NCBI RefSeq assembly: GCF_000143415.4
Contig: NW_003314271.1
Coordinates: 496,001-560,000, forward strand
DNA: 64,000 bases
Origin: Selaginella moellendorffii
Taxonomy: Eukaryota; Plantae; Lycopodiophyta
Reading direction: 5' to 3'
The stretch's first letter is position 1. Each line of letters opens with the position of its first letter. A model generated the notes under the pieces. That model did no database searches, was not told the origin of the DNA, and was given only the letters and a program-made list of their open reading frames with translations. This document shows, in pieces, positions 63,763 through 64,000 of this stretch. Both the position numbers and the translations under genes were made by a program.

Positions 63763-64000
63763 ATGCTCCGGATGCCGCCAATCGTCACCTGGGAATTCAC
63801 CCGATTCCCGCGCAGGACGAAGATTTGCTGCTCCCTCCGCGACGACAGCGACTACATGAGGCAGTGCGTGGAGCTCGCCCGGCGCGGATTAGGGCGCACG
63901 TCACCCAATCCCATGGTAGGATGCCTCATTGTCGATAACGCGGGAGAGATTGTGGGCCGAGGATTCCATCCCAGAGCTGGTGAGCCTCATGCCGAGGTGC
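63763..64000 (+). CDS. PyrD: Riboflavin biosynthesis pyrimidine deaminase, first exon (gene continues beyond the window)
   Basis: Transit-like N-terminus, then [39 protein letters not shown]. Confidence 0.92.
   Translation, partial: MLRMPPIVTWEFTRFPRRTKICCSLRDDSDYMRQCVELARRGLGRTSPNPMVGCLIVDNAGEIVGRGFHPRAGEPHAEV

Noticed and set aside
42647-64000. Vitamin or metabolic gene cluster (TPK, PyrD, AKR, GT31)
   Set aside because: Unrelated pathways separated by housekeeping genes; ordinary gene-dense neighbourhood.

Overview
Eukaryotic plant nuclear DNA. The very dense genes, 45-130 nt introns and plant-specific families best fit a compact lycophyte genome such as Selaginella; this is an inference, not verified. 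Two gene-rich blocks (1-15.0 kb and 39.5-64 kb) hold about 21 mostly spliced genes: NRP/SET, ERF, SMT1, AGP-like, ANKRD13-like, plastid methyltransferase, aspartic protease, PLATZ, MUB, TPK, SUN, LUMINIDEPENDENS, SAUR, CPN20, KAB1, DUF1685, At4g08330-like, GT31, ARP8, an EPTSPKVTCMG-motif protein and PyrD. Between them lies a ~23 kb nested transposon island. It contains an old chromovirus relic, a full-length non-autonomous LTR element with a decayed antisense ORF, older fragments of that family, a decayed Ty3/Gypsy chromovirus, a 5S-rRNA-bearing Cassandra-type TRIM and a LINE endonuclease relic. The most striking structure is in the chromovirus: a second Cassandra unit (PBS + internal region + 5S LTR) is fused between its 5' LTR and gag-pol, and both LTR types have TGTAAG...CTTACA termini. 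This points to a possible autonomous helper of Cassandra. Other oddities are a probable GA-AG intron in ARP8, a duplicated last exon in KAB1, a candidate 30-aa membrane microprotein and only 61 nt between SUN and TPK. Gene spans include introns, were derived by eye and may be off by a few bases. Family assignments rest on recalled motifs, not database searches.
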